Part shown: positions 1 through 10,076 of the stretch, piece by piece
Numbering within the stretch: position 1 is the stretch's first letter
How the letters are laid out: each line of letters begins with the position of its first letter
Virus record (IMG/VR): IMGVR_UViG_2671180422_000005
DNA length: 19,981 nucleotides
Source: a virus
Lineage: Duplodnaviria; Heunggongvirae; Uroviricota; Caudoviricetes
Direction: 5' to 3' (one strand)
Position numbers and translations under genes: made by a program
The notes under the pieces: generated by a model
The model's input: the letters and a program-made list of their open reading frames with translations, nothing else
Databases searched by the model: none
Told to the model about the DNA's origin: nothing

Positions 1-1284
1 TTACAGACTTCTGGAAGGTTGCGCAGCTCTTACAACACGCGGTTGATCTTCCGCAGCGTCTTCCAGCGCACTTAAATCACGGTCTTTCACCTCTGGCATT
101 TTCAGCGCAGAGATTAAACCAATCACTGAATATGCCATGATCATAATGGCGATCGGATACCAGGATTCCGTCATGGTGCAGAAAATACCCGCCAGGATAG
201 GACCAAAACCGGAAGCGATAAGACCACCAATTTCTTTAGAAATAGCCATCCGGGTAAAGCGGTTTTTACAGCCGAACATTTCTGCCATGGTAATGTTTTC
301 CAGAGCAAATAATCCCAGCACCGCACAGTTATGAATCACAATCAGTGCAACCATAATGGTGCTCGGGGCATAGCTTTTATCTACAATGATAGAAAGCATT
401 GGCCATGCCAGCACAATCGCGGAGGTATTCATAATAATATACGGGATCCGGCGACCAATTTTATCGGATAACCAACCAAGGAACGGAATGGTCATAAAGC
501 CGAGAATCGAACTGATCATCAATGCATCTGTTGGAATTGCTTTGTTAAACAATAACGTCTGCACTAAATAGCCTGCAAGGAAAGTCTGAATTAACCCGGA
601 GTTACCCGCCTGACCAAAACGCAGCCCTGTTGCCAGCCAGAAGGATTTGCTCTGGAACATGCTACCAGCAGGTGCAGGTTTTGCTGTCGGTTGGTTACTG
701 TCGTTAACCTTCTCAAAGACCGGGCTTTCTTTCAGATTCATACGCAACCAGATAGCAAAGACCATCACGACAACACTCGCCAGGAACGGTATACGCCATC
801 CCCACGCCAGCAGTTCCTCTTTACTGAGAATGAAGAACATAAAGGCCCAGATTGCCGTTGCGCTCAAGGTTCCGCAGTTAGTTCCCATAGCCACAAATGA
901 GGAGATAATTCCGCGCTTACCTTTTGGCGCATATTCCGCCAGCATCGTACCGGCACCGGAAATTTCCGCACCTGCACCCAACCCCTGAATAATACGCAAC
1001 GTCACCAGCAAGATGGGTGCAAAAACACCAATCTGTGCATAGGTCGGTAACACACCAATTAAGGTGGTACAGATCCCCATCATGGTGATGGTAATAAAGA
1101 GCACTTTTTTACGCCCTATTCTGTCGCCCATTTTGCCGAAAATAAATGCTCCGACAATACGCGCCACATAACCTGCACCGTAGGTTCCCATTGCCAGAAT
1201 TAACGCCATTGCCGTTGATGATTCAGGAAAAAATATTTCATGAAACACTAACGCTGCGCCGAGCGAATATAACTGGAAATCCAT
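1..1284 (-). CDS. ydfJ: MFS transporter, metabolite:H+ symporter family (shikimate/ShiA-like), N-terminally truncated by prophage insertion
   Basis: 427-aa ORF with 12-TM MFS character; begins MDFQLYSLGAALVF, which corresponds to the end of TM1 in ShiA-like transporters, so about 25-30 N-terminal residues are missing; ATG at 1282-1284, TAA at 1-3. Confidence 0.85.
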   Translation of the reverse strand: MDFQLYSLGAALVFHEIFFPESSTAMALILAMGTYGAGYVARIVGAFIFGKMGDRIGRKKVLFITITMMGICTTLIGVLPTYAQIGVFAPILLVTLRIIQGLGAGAEISGAGTMLAEYAPKGKRGIISSFVAMGTNCGTLSATAIWAFMFFILSKEELLAWGWRIPFLASVVVMVFAIWLRMNLKESPVFEKVNDSNQPTAKPAPAGSMFQSKSFWLATGLRFGQAGNSGLIQTFLAGYLVQTLLFNKAIPTDALMISSILGFMTIPFLGWLSDKIGRRIPYIIMNTSAIVLAWPMLSIIVDKSYAPSTIMVALIVIHNCAVLGLFALENITMAEMFGCKNRFTRMAISKEIGGLIASGFGPILAGIFCTMTESWYPIAIMIMAYSVIGLISALKMPEVKDRDLSALEDAAEDQPRVVRAAQPSRSL

Positions 1285-2070
1285 AATTCACAGGTGTTTT
1301 TTCCCATCCTGTGGTTTCCTTGGCGTTTTCTAGGTTTTTTCAGATAGTTGCATTTTTTTAAAAAGCATCCTAAGTTCGATCTCAGTGTCTATCTGGGGCC
1401 TATTTCTGTCCCATATATGCCCCAAAAAAACTCCCCAACAGATAAGTAGTTTTTTCATGGATTTATGCGTAAAATCAAGAACGGCTGGAAATCATTCAAT
1501 ACTCACACTATCGAAAAATTTACCAGCCAATCGCAGCACGTTCTTGCATAAGGCGTGTCTGCGGTTTTTCAACTATTCAGATACATCACTCCCATCACAT
1601 TCATTCCTCCGCATCAAAGGCATATAGGCTATATCACCTTGATATTTTTCTTTTTCAGATAAAAACTGTTATCTATGTATACTTTTAAACCCAATCCGTG
1701 TAGAGTCTCTGCATAAGATAGTTTGCAGTTGCCGCTTCAGCTTGCGCCATAAACCGCCTGATTTTTGCTGCCACCTGTTAGCATTCCTGTATACCTGAAA
1801 CGACAATGTTTATCTACGAACTTTAAGAACACCCAAGATAAAAATTGTCAACTATATCATATATAACACATTACTAATTCGAGGCTATATGAACAGCATA
1901 CTGATAATCACATCTCTCCTTATCATATTCAGCATTTTTAGTCATGCCCTAATAAAATTAGGGATTGGCATATCCAATAACCCAGACAAAACCGATGTAT
2001 AAGTCAACATATCCTGAATCAGACATACAATATCGCAATGAAAATCAATAATATTTTAAGGAATATCTTC

Positions 2071-2304
2071 ATGAAATCAAAAGACACCCTAAAGTGGTTC
2101 CCTGCGCAGCTTCCTGAAGTAAGAATTATCCTAGGGGATGCTGTAGTGGAAGTAGCAAAACAGGGAAGACCTATCAATACCAGAACATTGCTTGATTACA
2201 TTGAAGGAAACATAAAGAAAAAATCATGGCTGGATAACAAAGAATTATTACAAACAGCGATATCAGTTCTTAAAGACAACCAAAATTTAAATGGTAAAAT
2301 GTAA
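2071..2304 (+). CDS. ydfK: YdfK/YnaE-family cold-shock-induced small protein (77 aa)
   Basis: ATG at 2071 preceded by AAGGAA 7 nt upstream; product MKSKDTLKWFPAQLPEVRIILGD... matches the YdfK/YnaE family as recalled; about 0.7 kb AT-rich non-coding leader upstream. Confidence 0.8.
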   Translation: MKSKDTLKWFPAQLPEVRIILGDAVVEVAKQGRPINTRTLLDYIEGNIKKKSWLDNKELLQTAISVLKDNQNLNGKM

Positions 2305-2620
2305 TATAATAAACTTACTTTTTTATCATTTTTCCACTTTAACAACATTTTGCTCCACTTTTCCACGACCAAACAACTTGAAATCTGGTTAAAATAACAC
2401 GCAACACTATTCTTCTTCCTTGAGTCCGCCCGGAACTCGAAAAACAAACCGAGTTAAAGCCATTTTTCACAAAATCGATTTTGGGTCTCACCAAAATTAC
2501 GGGGTTGCATACGCATTCGTTTATTTTCGAACGTGTACATACAAATATGCACAAAAATAATCATAATTATTTTCTGAGATGCATTATGATATGAACACCA
2601 ATTTCGTATAGAGTCTCACT

Positions 2621-3211
2621 ATGTCTCAAATTTTTGCTTACTGTCGGATATCAACGCTGGATCAGACCACCGAAAATCAACGCCGGGAAATCGAAAGTGC
2701 AGGTTTTAAAATCAAACCTCAGCAAATAATCGAAGAACACATTAGCGGCTCAGCAGCAACCAGTGAGCGTCCTGGTTTTAACCGGTTGCTTGCTCGCCTG
2801 AAATGTGGTGATCAATTGATTGTGACAAAACTGGATCGCCTTGGTTGTAATGCAATGGATATCAGGAAAACAGTGGAACAACTGACCGAAACAGGTATCA
2901 GAGTGCATTGCTTAGCATTGGGGGGCATTGACCTGACCAGTCCAACAGGAAAAATGATGATGCAAGTAATTTCAGCAGTCGCTGAATTTGAACGAGACCT
3001 TTTACTTGAACGCACTCATTCCGGGATAGTAAGAGCCCGCGGCGCAGGGAAACGTTTTGGTCGACCACCTGTGTTAAATGAAGAACAGAAACAGGCGGTA
3101 TTCGAACGAATTAAGTCAGGTGTAAGTATAAGTGCCATTGCCCGGGAATTCAAAACCTCGCGGCAAACCATTTTAAGAGCCAAAGCAAAACTTCAGACAC
3201 CTGACATATAA
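2621..3211 (+). CDS. pinQ: Serine recombinase, DNA invertase of the Pin/Gin/Hin/Cin family
   Basis: 196 aa; N-terminal catalytic motif YCRISTLDQ (active-site Ser10), C-terminal HTH ([18 protein letters not shown]); sequence as recalled for PinQ/PinR. Confidence 0.9.
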   Translation: MSQIFAYCRISTLDQTTENQRREIESAGFKIKPQQIIEEHISGSAATSERPGFNRLLARLKCGDQLIVTKLDRLGCNAMDIRKTVEQLTETGIRVHCLALGGIDLTSPTGKMMMQVISAVAEFERDLLLERTHSGIVRARGAGKRFGRPPVLNEEQKQAVFERIKSGVSISAIAREFKTSRQTILRAKAKLQTPDI

Positions 3212-3308
3212 AAAATAATCTCGGTGTGAGATGCTTTACGTCTTCCAAGCCCCCTTCCTTGCCGTAAATGGAAAGATACATCTAATTATAGAATTTATAT
3301 GTTTTACC

Positions 3309-3444
3309 CTACGGCAGTGCTGGCCATTCAATATCCTGTGCAGTTGACGTATCAACACGGTTCAGCAATACCCGATACTTTTTCCATGCTTCCAGCAACG
3401 AGATTTCTTCCTCCGTTGCAATTTCCAGATCTGCAGCATCCTGA
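3309..3444 (-). pseudogene. 3' remnant (about 45 codons) of a tail fiber assembly gene tfa, fused to gene A
   Basis: Minus-strand frame reads ...[43 protein letters not shown]-stop, the conserved C-terminus of lambdoid Tfa proteins; no upstream Tfa sequence remains. Confidence 0.55.
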
Positions 3445-5337
3445 ATCTGCCAGTGTTTTCTTGTTGGTTGCTGCACCATCCTCTTCCTGCAGGCTCGCCA
3501 GCAGTGCACTGAGATCCAGCTGCCAGCGGGAAATACTGATGCGCAGCGCCGCCAGCGCATAAACGAAGCAGTCGAGTGCCTCATTGCGTCGCTTTTTGCT
3601 GTCCCACAGTATTTTTTTCCTGCCATCCACCCATTTTTCGACCTGCTCTTCAGCAGTCAGCTGCTGCGCTTCGGTCAGATCAAAAATATCCGGGTTATTC
3701 GGGAAGTGAACGGCACCGGGAAGCGGTTCATCCCCTTCCGGCGTCAGTGTGAAGCGGTTATAAATCTGCTCTTTCGCGGTATCCGTACCGATTTCGGTAA
3801 GGTAAACCCCGTTTTTGTTTCGCTTACGTGGCATGCTGGCCACCGGCTTTCCGTAGACGGATGCCCCTTTAATGGGGATCACCCGGAACAGCCCATGTTT
3901 TTTCGAGCGTTCATACACAATGGTCGGGTCAATCCCGCCAGTATCCCAGCAGATACGGGATACCGACATTTCTGCACCATTCCGGCGGGTATAGGTTTTA
4001 TTGATGGCCTCATCCACACGCAGCAGCGTCTGTTCATCGTCGTGGCGACCCATAATAATCTGCCGGTCAATCAGCCAGCTTTCCTCACCCGGCCCCCATC
4101 CCCATACGCGCATTTCGTAGCGGTCCAGCTGGGAGTCGATACCGGCGGTCAGGTAAGCCACACGGTCAGGAACGGGCGCTGAATAATGCTCTTTCCGCTC
4201 CGCCATCACCTCAGCATCCGGACGTTCGCCGATTTTCGCTTCCCATGTCTCACCGAGCGTGGTGTTTACGAAGGTTTTACGTTTTCCCGTATCCCCTTTC
4301 GTTTTCATCCAGTCTTTGACAATCTGCACCCAGGTGGTGAACGGGCTGTACGCCGTCCAGATGTGAAAGGTCACGCTGTCCGGCGGCTCAATCTCTTCAC
4401 CGGATGACGAAAACCAGAGAATGCCATCACGGGTCCAGATCCCGGTCTTTTCGCAGATATAACGGGCATCAGTGAAGTCCAGCTCCTGCTGGCGGATGAC
4501 GCAGGCATTATGCTCGCAGAGATAAAACACGCTGGAGGGGTCATCCGGCGTCCATTTGAGGCCAAACGGCGTCTCTTTGTCGCCAAATTTAAGATACTGC
4601 TCCTCCCCGCAGTGCGGGCAGGCAACATGAAAACGCATAAAATGCAGGGATTCACTGGCTGCACGCTCAATCTGGCAGGTGCCTCTCACTTTGGGCGTGG
4701 AGCCACGGATGGACTTTGGCCAGACCGAGCCTTCAATACGTTTGTCGCCAAGGAACGTCGGAGAGCCTTCCTGTTCAATATCCTCATCAAAGGCAGCAAG
4801 TTCATCATAACCCGCCACATCCACCGACTTTTCACGGTAGTTTTTTGCCGCTTTACCGCCCAGGCACCAGAAGCCACGACCATTGGAAAAACGCTTCATA
4901 GTGAGCGTGTTATCCCGGTGCTTTTTGCCATACCACGGAGCCAGCGCCAGCAGCGACGGAATATCGCGGATGGTCGGCTCAACGTGGGTTTTCATAAAGT
5001 TCTCGGCATCACCATCCGTCGGCAACCAGATAAGGGTGTTGCGCTGCTTATGCTCTATAAAGTAGGCATAAACACCCAGCAGCATTTTGGAATAACCGAC
5101 ACGGGCAGACTTCACCACATTCACCTCACGGATGTAGTCGCTGCCCATCGCATTCATGATGGCCCGCTGAAAGGGCAGTGTTTCCCAGCGCCCTTCCTGG
5201 TATGCGGATTCTTTCGGGAGATAGTAATTAGCATCCGCCCATTCAACGGCGGTCTGTGGCTCCGGCCTGAACAGTGAGCGAAGCCCGGCGCGGACAAAAT
5301 GCCGCAGCCTGTTAACCTGACTGTTCGATATATTCAC
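3352..5337 (-). CDS. A: Terminase large subunit gpA-like, 661 aa, with the last about 10 lambda residues replaced by 30 unrelated residues
   Basis: Collinear with lambda gpA from [19 protein letters not shown] through ...[11 protein letters not shown]; diverges after coordinate 3445 into ...[30 protein letters not shown], which is tfa-derived DNA read in another frame. Confidence 0.9.
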   Translation of the reverse strand: MNISNSQVNRLRHFVRAGLRSLFRPEPQTAVEWADANYYLPKESAYQEGRWETLPFQRAIMNAMGSDYIREVNVVKSARVGYSKMLLGVYAYFIEHKQRNTLIWLPTDGDAENFMKTHVEPTIRDIPSLLALAPWYGKKHRDNTLTMKRFSNGRGFWCLGGKAAKNYREKSVDVAGYDELAAFDEDIEQEGSPTFLGDKRIEGSVWPKSIRGSTPKVRGTCQIERAASESLHFMRFHVACPHCGEEQYLKFGDKETPFGLKWTPDDPSSVFYLCEHNACVIRQQELDFTDARYICEKTGIWTRDGILWFSSSGEEIEPPDSVTFHIWTAYSPFTTWVQIVKDWMKTKGDTGKRKTFVNTTLGETWEAKIGERPDAEVMAERKEHYSAPVPDRVAYLTAGIDSQLDRYEMRVWGWGPGEESWLIDRQIIMGRHDDEQTLLRVDEAINKTYTRRNGAEMSVSRICWDTGGIDPTIVYERSKKHGLFRVIPIKGASVYGKPVASMPRKRNKNGVYLTEIGTDTAKEQIYNRFTLTPEGDEPLPGAVHFPNNPDIFDLTEAQQLTAEEQVEKWVDGRKKILWDSKKRRNEALDCFVYALAALRISISRWQLDLSALLASLQEEDGAATNKKTLADSGCCRSGNCNGGRNLVAGSMEKVSGIAEPC

Positions 5338-5857
5338 TCAGCAACCCCGGTATCAGTTCATCCAGCGCGGCTGCTTTGTTCATGGCTTTGATGATATCCC
5401 GTTTCAGGAAATCAACATGTCGGTTTTCCAGTTCCGGAAAACGCCGCTGCACCGACAGGGGGATCCCGTCGAGAATACTGGCAATTTCACCTGCGATCCG
5501 CGACAGCACGAAAGTACAGAATGCGGTTTCCACCACTTCAGCGGAGTCTCTGGCATTTTTCAGCTCCTGTGCGTCGGCCTGCGCACGCGTAAGTCGATGG
5601 CGTTCGTACTCAATAGTCCCTGGCTGGAGATCTGTCTCGCTGGCCTGCCGCAGTTCTTCAACTTCCCGGCGCAGCTTTTCGTTCTCAATTTCAGCATCCC
5701 TTTCGGCATACCATCTTATAACGGCGGCAGAGTCATAAAGCACCTCATTACCCTTGCCACCGCCTCGCAGAACGGGCATTCCCTGTTCCTGCCAGTTCTG
5801 AATGGTACGGATACTCGCACCGAAAATGTCAGCCAGCTGCTTTTTGTTGACTTCCAT
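5312..5857 (-). CDS. nu1: Terminase small subunit Nu1 (181 aa)
   Basis: MEVNKKQLADIFGASIRTIQNWQEQGMPV... matches lambda Nu1 as recalled; 3' end overlaps the A start as in lambda; ATG at 5855-5857. Confidence 0.9.
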   Translation of the reverse strand: MEVNKKQLADIFGASIRTIQNWQEQGMPVLRGGGKGNEVLYDSAAVIRWYAERDAEIENEKLRREVEELRQASETDLQPGTIEYERHRLTRAQADAQELKNARDSAEVVETAFCTFVLSRIAGEIASILDGIPLSVQRRFPELENRHVDFLKRDIIKAMNKAAALDELIPGLLSEYIEQSG

Positions 5858-6034
5858 TGTTCATTCCACGGCCAAAAACAGAGAAAGGAAACGACAGAGG
5901 CCCAAAAGCTCGTTTTCAGCACCTGTCGTTTCCTTTCTTTTCAGGGGGTATTTTAAATAAAAACATTAAGTTACGACGAAGAAGAACGGAAATGCCTTAA
6001 ACCGGAAAATTTTCATAAATAGCGAAAACCCGCG
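5858..6034 (-). promoter_or_regulatory. cosB-like terminase binding region between cosN and the nu1 start
   Basis: Reverse complement reads CGCGGGTTTTCGCTATTTATGAAAATTTTCCGGTTTAAGGC...GAAAGGAAACGACAGGTGCTGAAA..., near-identical to the lambda left-end cosB region (R3-I1-R2-R1) as recalled. Confidence 0.7.
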
Positions 6035-6046
6035 AGGTCGCCGCCC
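6035..6046 (-). other. cosN, the 12-nt lambda cohesive-end sequence
   Basis: Plus strand AGGTCGCCGCCC is the reverse complement of GGGCGGCGACCT; flanked by CGTAACCTGTCGG, reverse complement of the lambda right end ...CCGACAGGTTACG. Confidence 0.85.
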
Positions 6047-6245
6047 CGTAACCTGTCGGATCGCCGGAAAGGACCCGCAAAATGATAATAATTATCATCT
6101 GCATGTCACAACGTGCATCTACGCCATCAAACCACGTCAAATAATCAATTATGACGCAGGTATCATATTAATTGATCTGCATCAACTTAACGTAAAAACA
6201 ACTTCAGACAATACAAATCAGCGACACTGAATACGGGGCAACCTC

Positions 6246-6479
6246 ATGTCAACGAAGAACAGAACCCGCAGAACAACAACCCGCAACATCCGCTTTCCTA
6301 ACCAAATGATTGAACAAATTAACATCGCTCTTGAGCAAAAAGGGTCCGGGAATTTCTCAGCCTGGGTCATTGAAGCCTGCCGCCGGAGACTGTGCTCAGA
6401 AAAAAGAGTTTCTTCTGAAGCAAACAAAGAAAAGAGTGACATTACTGAATTGCTCAGAAAACAGGTCAGACCAGATTGA
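6246..6479 (+). CDS. ynfO: Small ribbon-helix-helix (Arc/CopG-like) protein with basic N-terminal tail, YnfO/YlcI (DUF3950)-like
   Basis: 77 aa; RHH signature NIRFPNQMIEQINIALEQKGSGNFSAWVIEACRRRL (beta strand, helix, Gly turn, helix); ATG at 6246. Confidence 0.7.
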   Translation: MSTKNRTRRTTTRNIRFPNQMIEQINIALEQKGSGNFSAWVIEACRRRLCSEKRVSSEANKEKSDITELLRKQVRPD

Positions 6480-6536
6480 AGCAATTTAGATAATCGTGCA
6501 GACTACGCCCCCTCATATCACATGGAAGGTTTATCT

Positions 6537-6947
6537 ATGGATCAGGTAGTCATTTTTAAACAAATATTTGATAAAGTTCGAAACGATTTAAACTATCAAT
6601 GGTTTTATTCTGAGCTAAAACGTCACAATGTCTCACATTACATTTACTATTTAGCCACAGAGAATGTTCATATTGTATTAAAAAATGATAATACAGTGTT
6701 ATTAAAGGGCCTAAAAAACATTGTGTCTGTCAAATTTTCAAAGGATAGGCATCTTATAGAAACGACCTCTAATAAGCTGAAATCCAGAGAGATCACATTT
6801 CAGGAATACAGAAGAAACCTTGCTAAAGCAGGAGTTTTTCGGTGGGTTACAAATATCCACGAACAAAAAAGATATTACTATACCTTTGATAATTCATTAC
6901 TATTTACTGAAAGCATCCAGAAAACTACACAGATCTTACCACGCTAA
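6537..6947 (+). CDS. ydfO: DUF1398-family protein (YdfO/YbcV-like), 136 aa
   Basis: ORF 6522-6947; second ATG at 6537 has GGAAGG 8 nt upstream; 42 nt downstream of the RHH gene on the same strand. Confidence 0.75.
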
Positions 6948-7051
6948 ACCATAACGTCCGGCTTCTCTCACTCCTGAGCCGGACTGCATTGGTTTAATAA
7001 AAACCATCAACAATTGTGATTTAGATATTCGGAACCATTCAAATATAACAA

Positions 7052-7072
7052 AACCCCGTAAAAACGAGGTTT
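7052..7072 (-). terminator. Intrinsic terminator downstream of gnsB
   Basis: Minus-strand RNA AACCUCGU-UUUU-ACGGGGUU (8-bp stem with one G-U pair) followed by UUGUUAUAUUU. Confidence 0.5.
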
Positions 7073-7098
7073 ATGGATAAATTTTATTATTGAATACA

Positions 7099-7275
7099 TC
7101 AGATTAAATTAATCTTGACATCATAGCTTTCAAGACCCGTCATTTTTTCCCGTGCGGTAAACTGAATACTGGTAACTTCTTTCCCGGTCTTTTTCTTAAG
7201 TTCAATAATTTTTTTTGTTATATATTCAGAAATATCTGCTTCTGCTTTTGTTTTTAAGTTTTCAATATTCATCAT
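7099..7275 (-). CDS. gnsB: GnsA/GnsB-family small protein (58 aa)
   Basis: Below the ORF-track cutoff; hand translation MMNIENLKTKAEADISEYITKKIIELKKKTGKEVTSIQFTAREKMTGLESYDVKINLI; AAAAGAGGAA Shine-Dalgarno immediately upstream of the ATG at 7273-7275. Confidence 0.75.
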   Translation of the reverse strand: MMNIENLKTKAEADISEYITKKIIELKKKTGKEVTSIQFTAREKMTGLESYDVKINLI

Positions 7276-7443
7276 TTCCTCTTTTAGTCTGTTATGACTT
7301 TCCAGTTACACAGTAAGTCGATTATATGGTGCAAACGTGTAAAAGATAAGATGAAACATCGCAATAATCAACATACGATAGTCTAAATTTTACACAAACA
7401 GACAAAGAGAATTTTCCTGAATTATCAATGCAATAGCATCAAA

Positions 7444-7674
7444 TCAACTCAAGAGCCTTATTGCTGCTTCCAGAATTTCTTCTGAAGTAACATGTCGATC
7501 CGCGGCTACATAAATGACTTTATGATCTCCGGTCAGAGATGGAAACCCTGCGGCCATTACAGTAAGGTGTGTTTTTTCGCCATTTGGATATTCACGCATG
7601 ATGGTGTTAACTCCAGTCATCGCTGGCACTACCACTGCTGGTTCAGAGTTAAAAAAAACTATGATTTTTTTCAT
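7444..7674 (-). CDS. Hypothetical 76-aa protein between cspI and gnsB
   Basis: ORF-track frame 7444-7716 opens with TTG; the first ATG gives MKKIIVFFNSEPAVVVPAMTGVNTIMREYPNGEKTHL...; weak Shine-Dalgarno; sits where K-12 Qin has ynfN and the paralogous chromosomal locus has ymcE. Confidence 0.45.
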   Translation of the reverse strand: MKKIIVFFNSEPAVVVPAMTGVNTIMREYPNGEKTHLTVMAAGFPSLTGDHKVIYVAADRHVTSEEILEAAIRLLS

Positions 7675-7710
7675 GATGTTACCGTAGTATGTGAGTATCC
7701 ATCGAATAGA

Positions 7711-7738
7711 CACCAAGCAAAAAAGCTCCCGAAGGAGC
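7711..7738 (-). terminator. Candidate intrinsic terminator downstream of cspI
   Basis: Minus-strand GCUCC-UUCG-GGAGC hairpin followed by UUUUUUGCUUGG. Confidence 0.45.
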
Positions 7739-7945
7739 CTTCATTTTCACTTTTTTAAATCCAACGACAGACGGCTGGCATTTAAGTATTGTGAAATATT
7801 ATCAAATGTAATCATCATTGATTTACAAAAGATACATTTTGCCCCGAAAGGATTCATGTCAGAAACATCAAAAGATGATGTTCTATACTGGGAACCATGA
7901 CAACACGGGCATCTAAAGTGAATATGGTTTGTAATATTGTCTACC

Positions 7946-8158
7946 TCAAAGCGCCACTACATGAACAGCGGCAGGACCTTTAGGTCCGTTCTCAATACCA
8001 AATTCAACTTCCTGATTCTCAGTTAATGTTTTGAAATCGTTGCTCTGAATTGCTGAGAAATGGACAAACACATCTTTGCTGCCATCTTTCGGCGTGATGA
8101 AACCAAAACCTTTTTCAGGGTTAAACCATTTCACTAAACCAGTCATTTTGTTAGACAT
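7946..8158 (-). CDS. cspI: Cold shock protein CspI (CspA family, 70 aa)
   Basis: [53 protein letters not shown]... with RNP1/RNP2 motifs; long leader upstream typical of csp genes. Confidence 0.95.
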   Translation of the reverse strand: MSNKMTGLVKWFNPEKGFGFITPKDGSKDVFVHFSAIQSNDFKTLTENQEVEFGIENGPKGPAAVHVVAL

Positions 8159-8520
8159 AATTATTACCTTTTGAAGAAATTAGCCCTTGGGCAGAATGGT
8201 CCGAAAAAAAATATCAGAGAGAAAAACCAACAAGGAAATCTCAAGAGGTACAAATAATAAAATTATAACAATGACTGCTTCAGATAAATTTGTAACAAAC
8301 CAGAACACCATTAACGCATGATTAACCACCCATAGCAAGGATTACTTTTGTAAAGAAAAACACAGCAATGAAAGAATAGCTTTATTTATTAATAAAACGT
8401 GTCATTCTGATTAAGACCTTTTATCTTACCCTTAAGATTTCAGGAATTTTGGCTCATGGAAGAGTCCTTTTTATTTAAATTTTACATTCCGCGATGTAAA
8501 TGTTCCGATTTAATATTACC

Positions 8521-9544
<1,024 letters not shown>

Positions 9545-9548
<4 letters not shown>

Positions 9549-9856
9549 AGATATTTATGATGAGGACGCTCGTGCTTATTGGCAGGATTTTCAATCTTAA
9601 AGGAGTACTGATGCTGCAGATAAGACTCAACTTTTTCTGACAATTTTTCTGCTACTTCCAGGAAGACTTGCCGGACGCTCCTTCTGGCTGCTGCCTCATA
9701 AAACTCCAGCGCAGCTCCTTCAACACGGTCCATGGCGACATCCAGGTCAAAAATTTCACCGTCAAAGCGTTCTTTGTCCTGTAAGGCTACAGTTACCGTA
9801 ACTTTATTCTCAAAATTACGGACTCCTTTCACAACCAGTTCATAGTCTTGAGTCAT
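9545..9856 (-). CDS. ydfR: DUF1327-family protein encoded between holin and endolysin
   Basis: 103-aa ORF MTQDYELVVKGVRNFENKVTV...; tightly packed between essQ stop (9861) and the endolysin start. Confidence 0.8.
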
Positions 9857-9860
9857 TGGA

Positions 9861-10076
9861 TTACTCTCCTCTCGCAGCCTTACGCCTGTCTTCTTTAATC
9901 TTGAAATAAAGATTTGTCAGATACGTCAGCAGGCCAAAAACCAGGCTACCCAGCACACCGATTGCAGCCCACTGTGACGGAGTTACTTTATCGAGTAACT
10001 GCAATGCCCAGAAACCAGCATTACCCGCCGATGTGCCATAGGCAACACCTGTTGTTAACTTATCCATTGATTTCAT
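9861..10076 (-). CDS. essQ: Holin with dual-start motif (71 aa from first Met)
   Basis: [28 protein letters not shown]... with two in-frame Met codons (10074-10076 and 10065-10067) separated by Lys-Ser; GGGGTGAGGA Shine-Dalgarno; charged C-terminal tail. Confidence 0.9.
   Translation of the reverse strand: MKSMDKLTTGVAYGTSAGNAGFWALQLLDKVTPSQWAAIGVLGSLVFGLLTYLTNLYFKIKEDRRKAARGE

Noticed and set aside
1385-1627. 80-aa plus-strand ORF in the ydfJ-ydfK intergenic region
   Set aside because: No Shine-Dalgarno, low-complexity translation, lies in AT-rich leader DNA.
2196-2554. Minus-strand ORFs 2196-2447 and 2339-2554
   Set aside because: Antisense to ydfK or within the pin promoter region; Phe/Lys-rich AT-driven translations.
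3212-3310. Possible Pin crossover site (TTCC...GGAA dyad around 3255-3280)
   Set aside because: Only a loose dyad; does not match the 12-bp inverted half-sites with 2-bp core that I recall for gix/hix/pix, so I do not call a recombination site.
3706-5277. Plus-strand ORFs of 60-255 aa (3706-4182, 4186-4407, 4510-5277, 4716-4901, 4883-5065) and minus-strand alternative-frame ORFs (3879-4070, 4371-4670, 4686-4883)
   Set aside because: All lie inside the lambda-like terminase gene A, antisense or out of frame; Arg/Pro-rich translations typical of noncoding frames.
5376-5956. Plus-strand ORFs 5376-5738 and 5417-5956 and minus-strand ORF 5716-5922
   Set aside because: Antisense or out of frame to nu1 and running into the cos region; the nu1 frame is the one that matches lambda Nu1.
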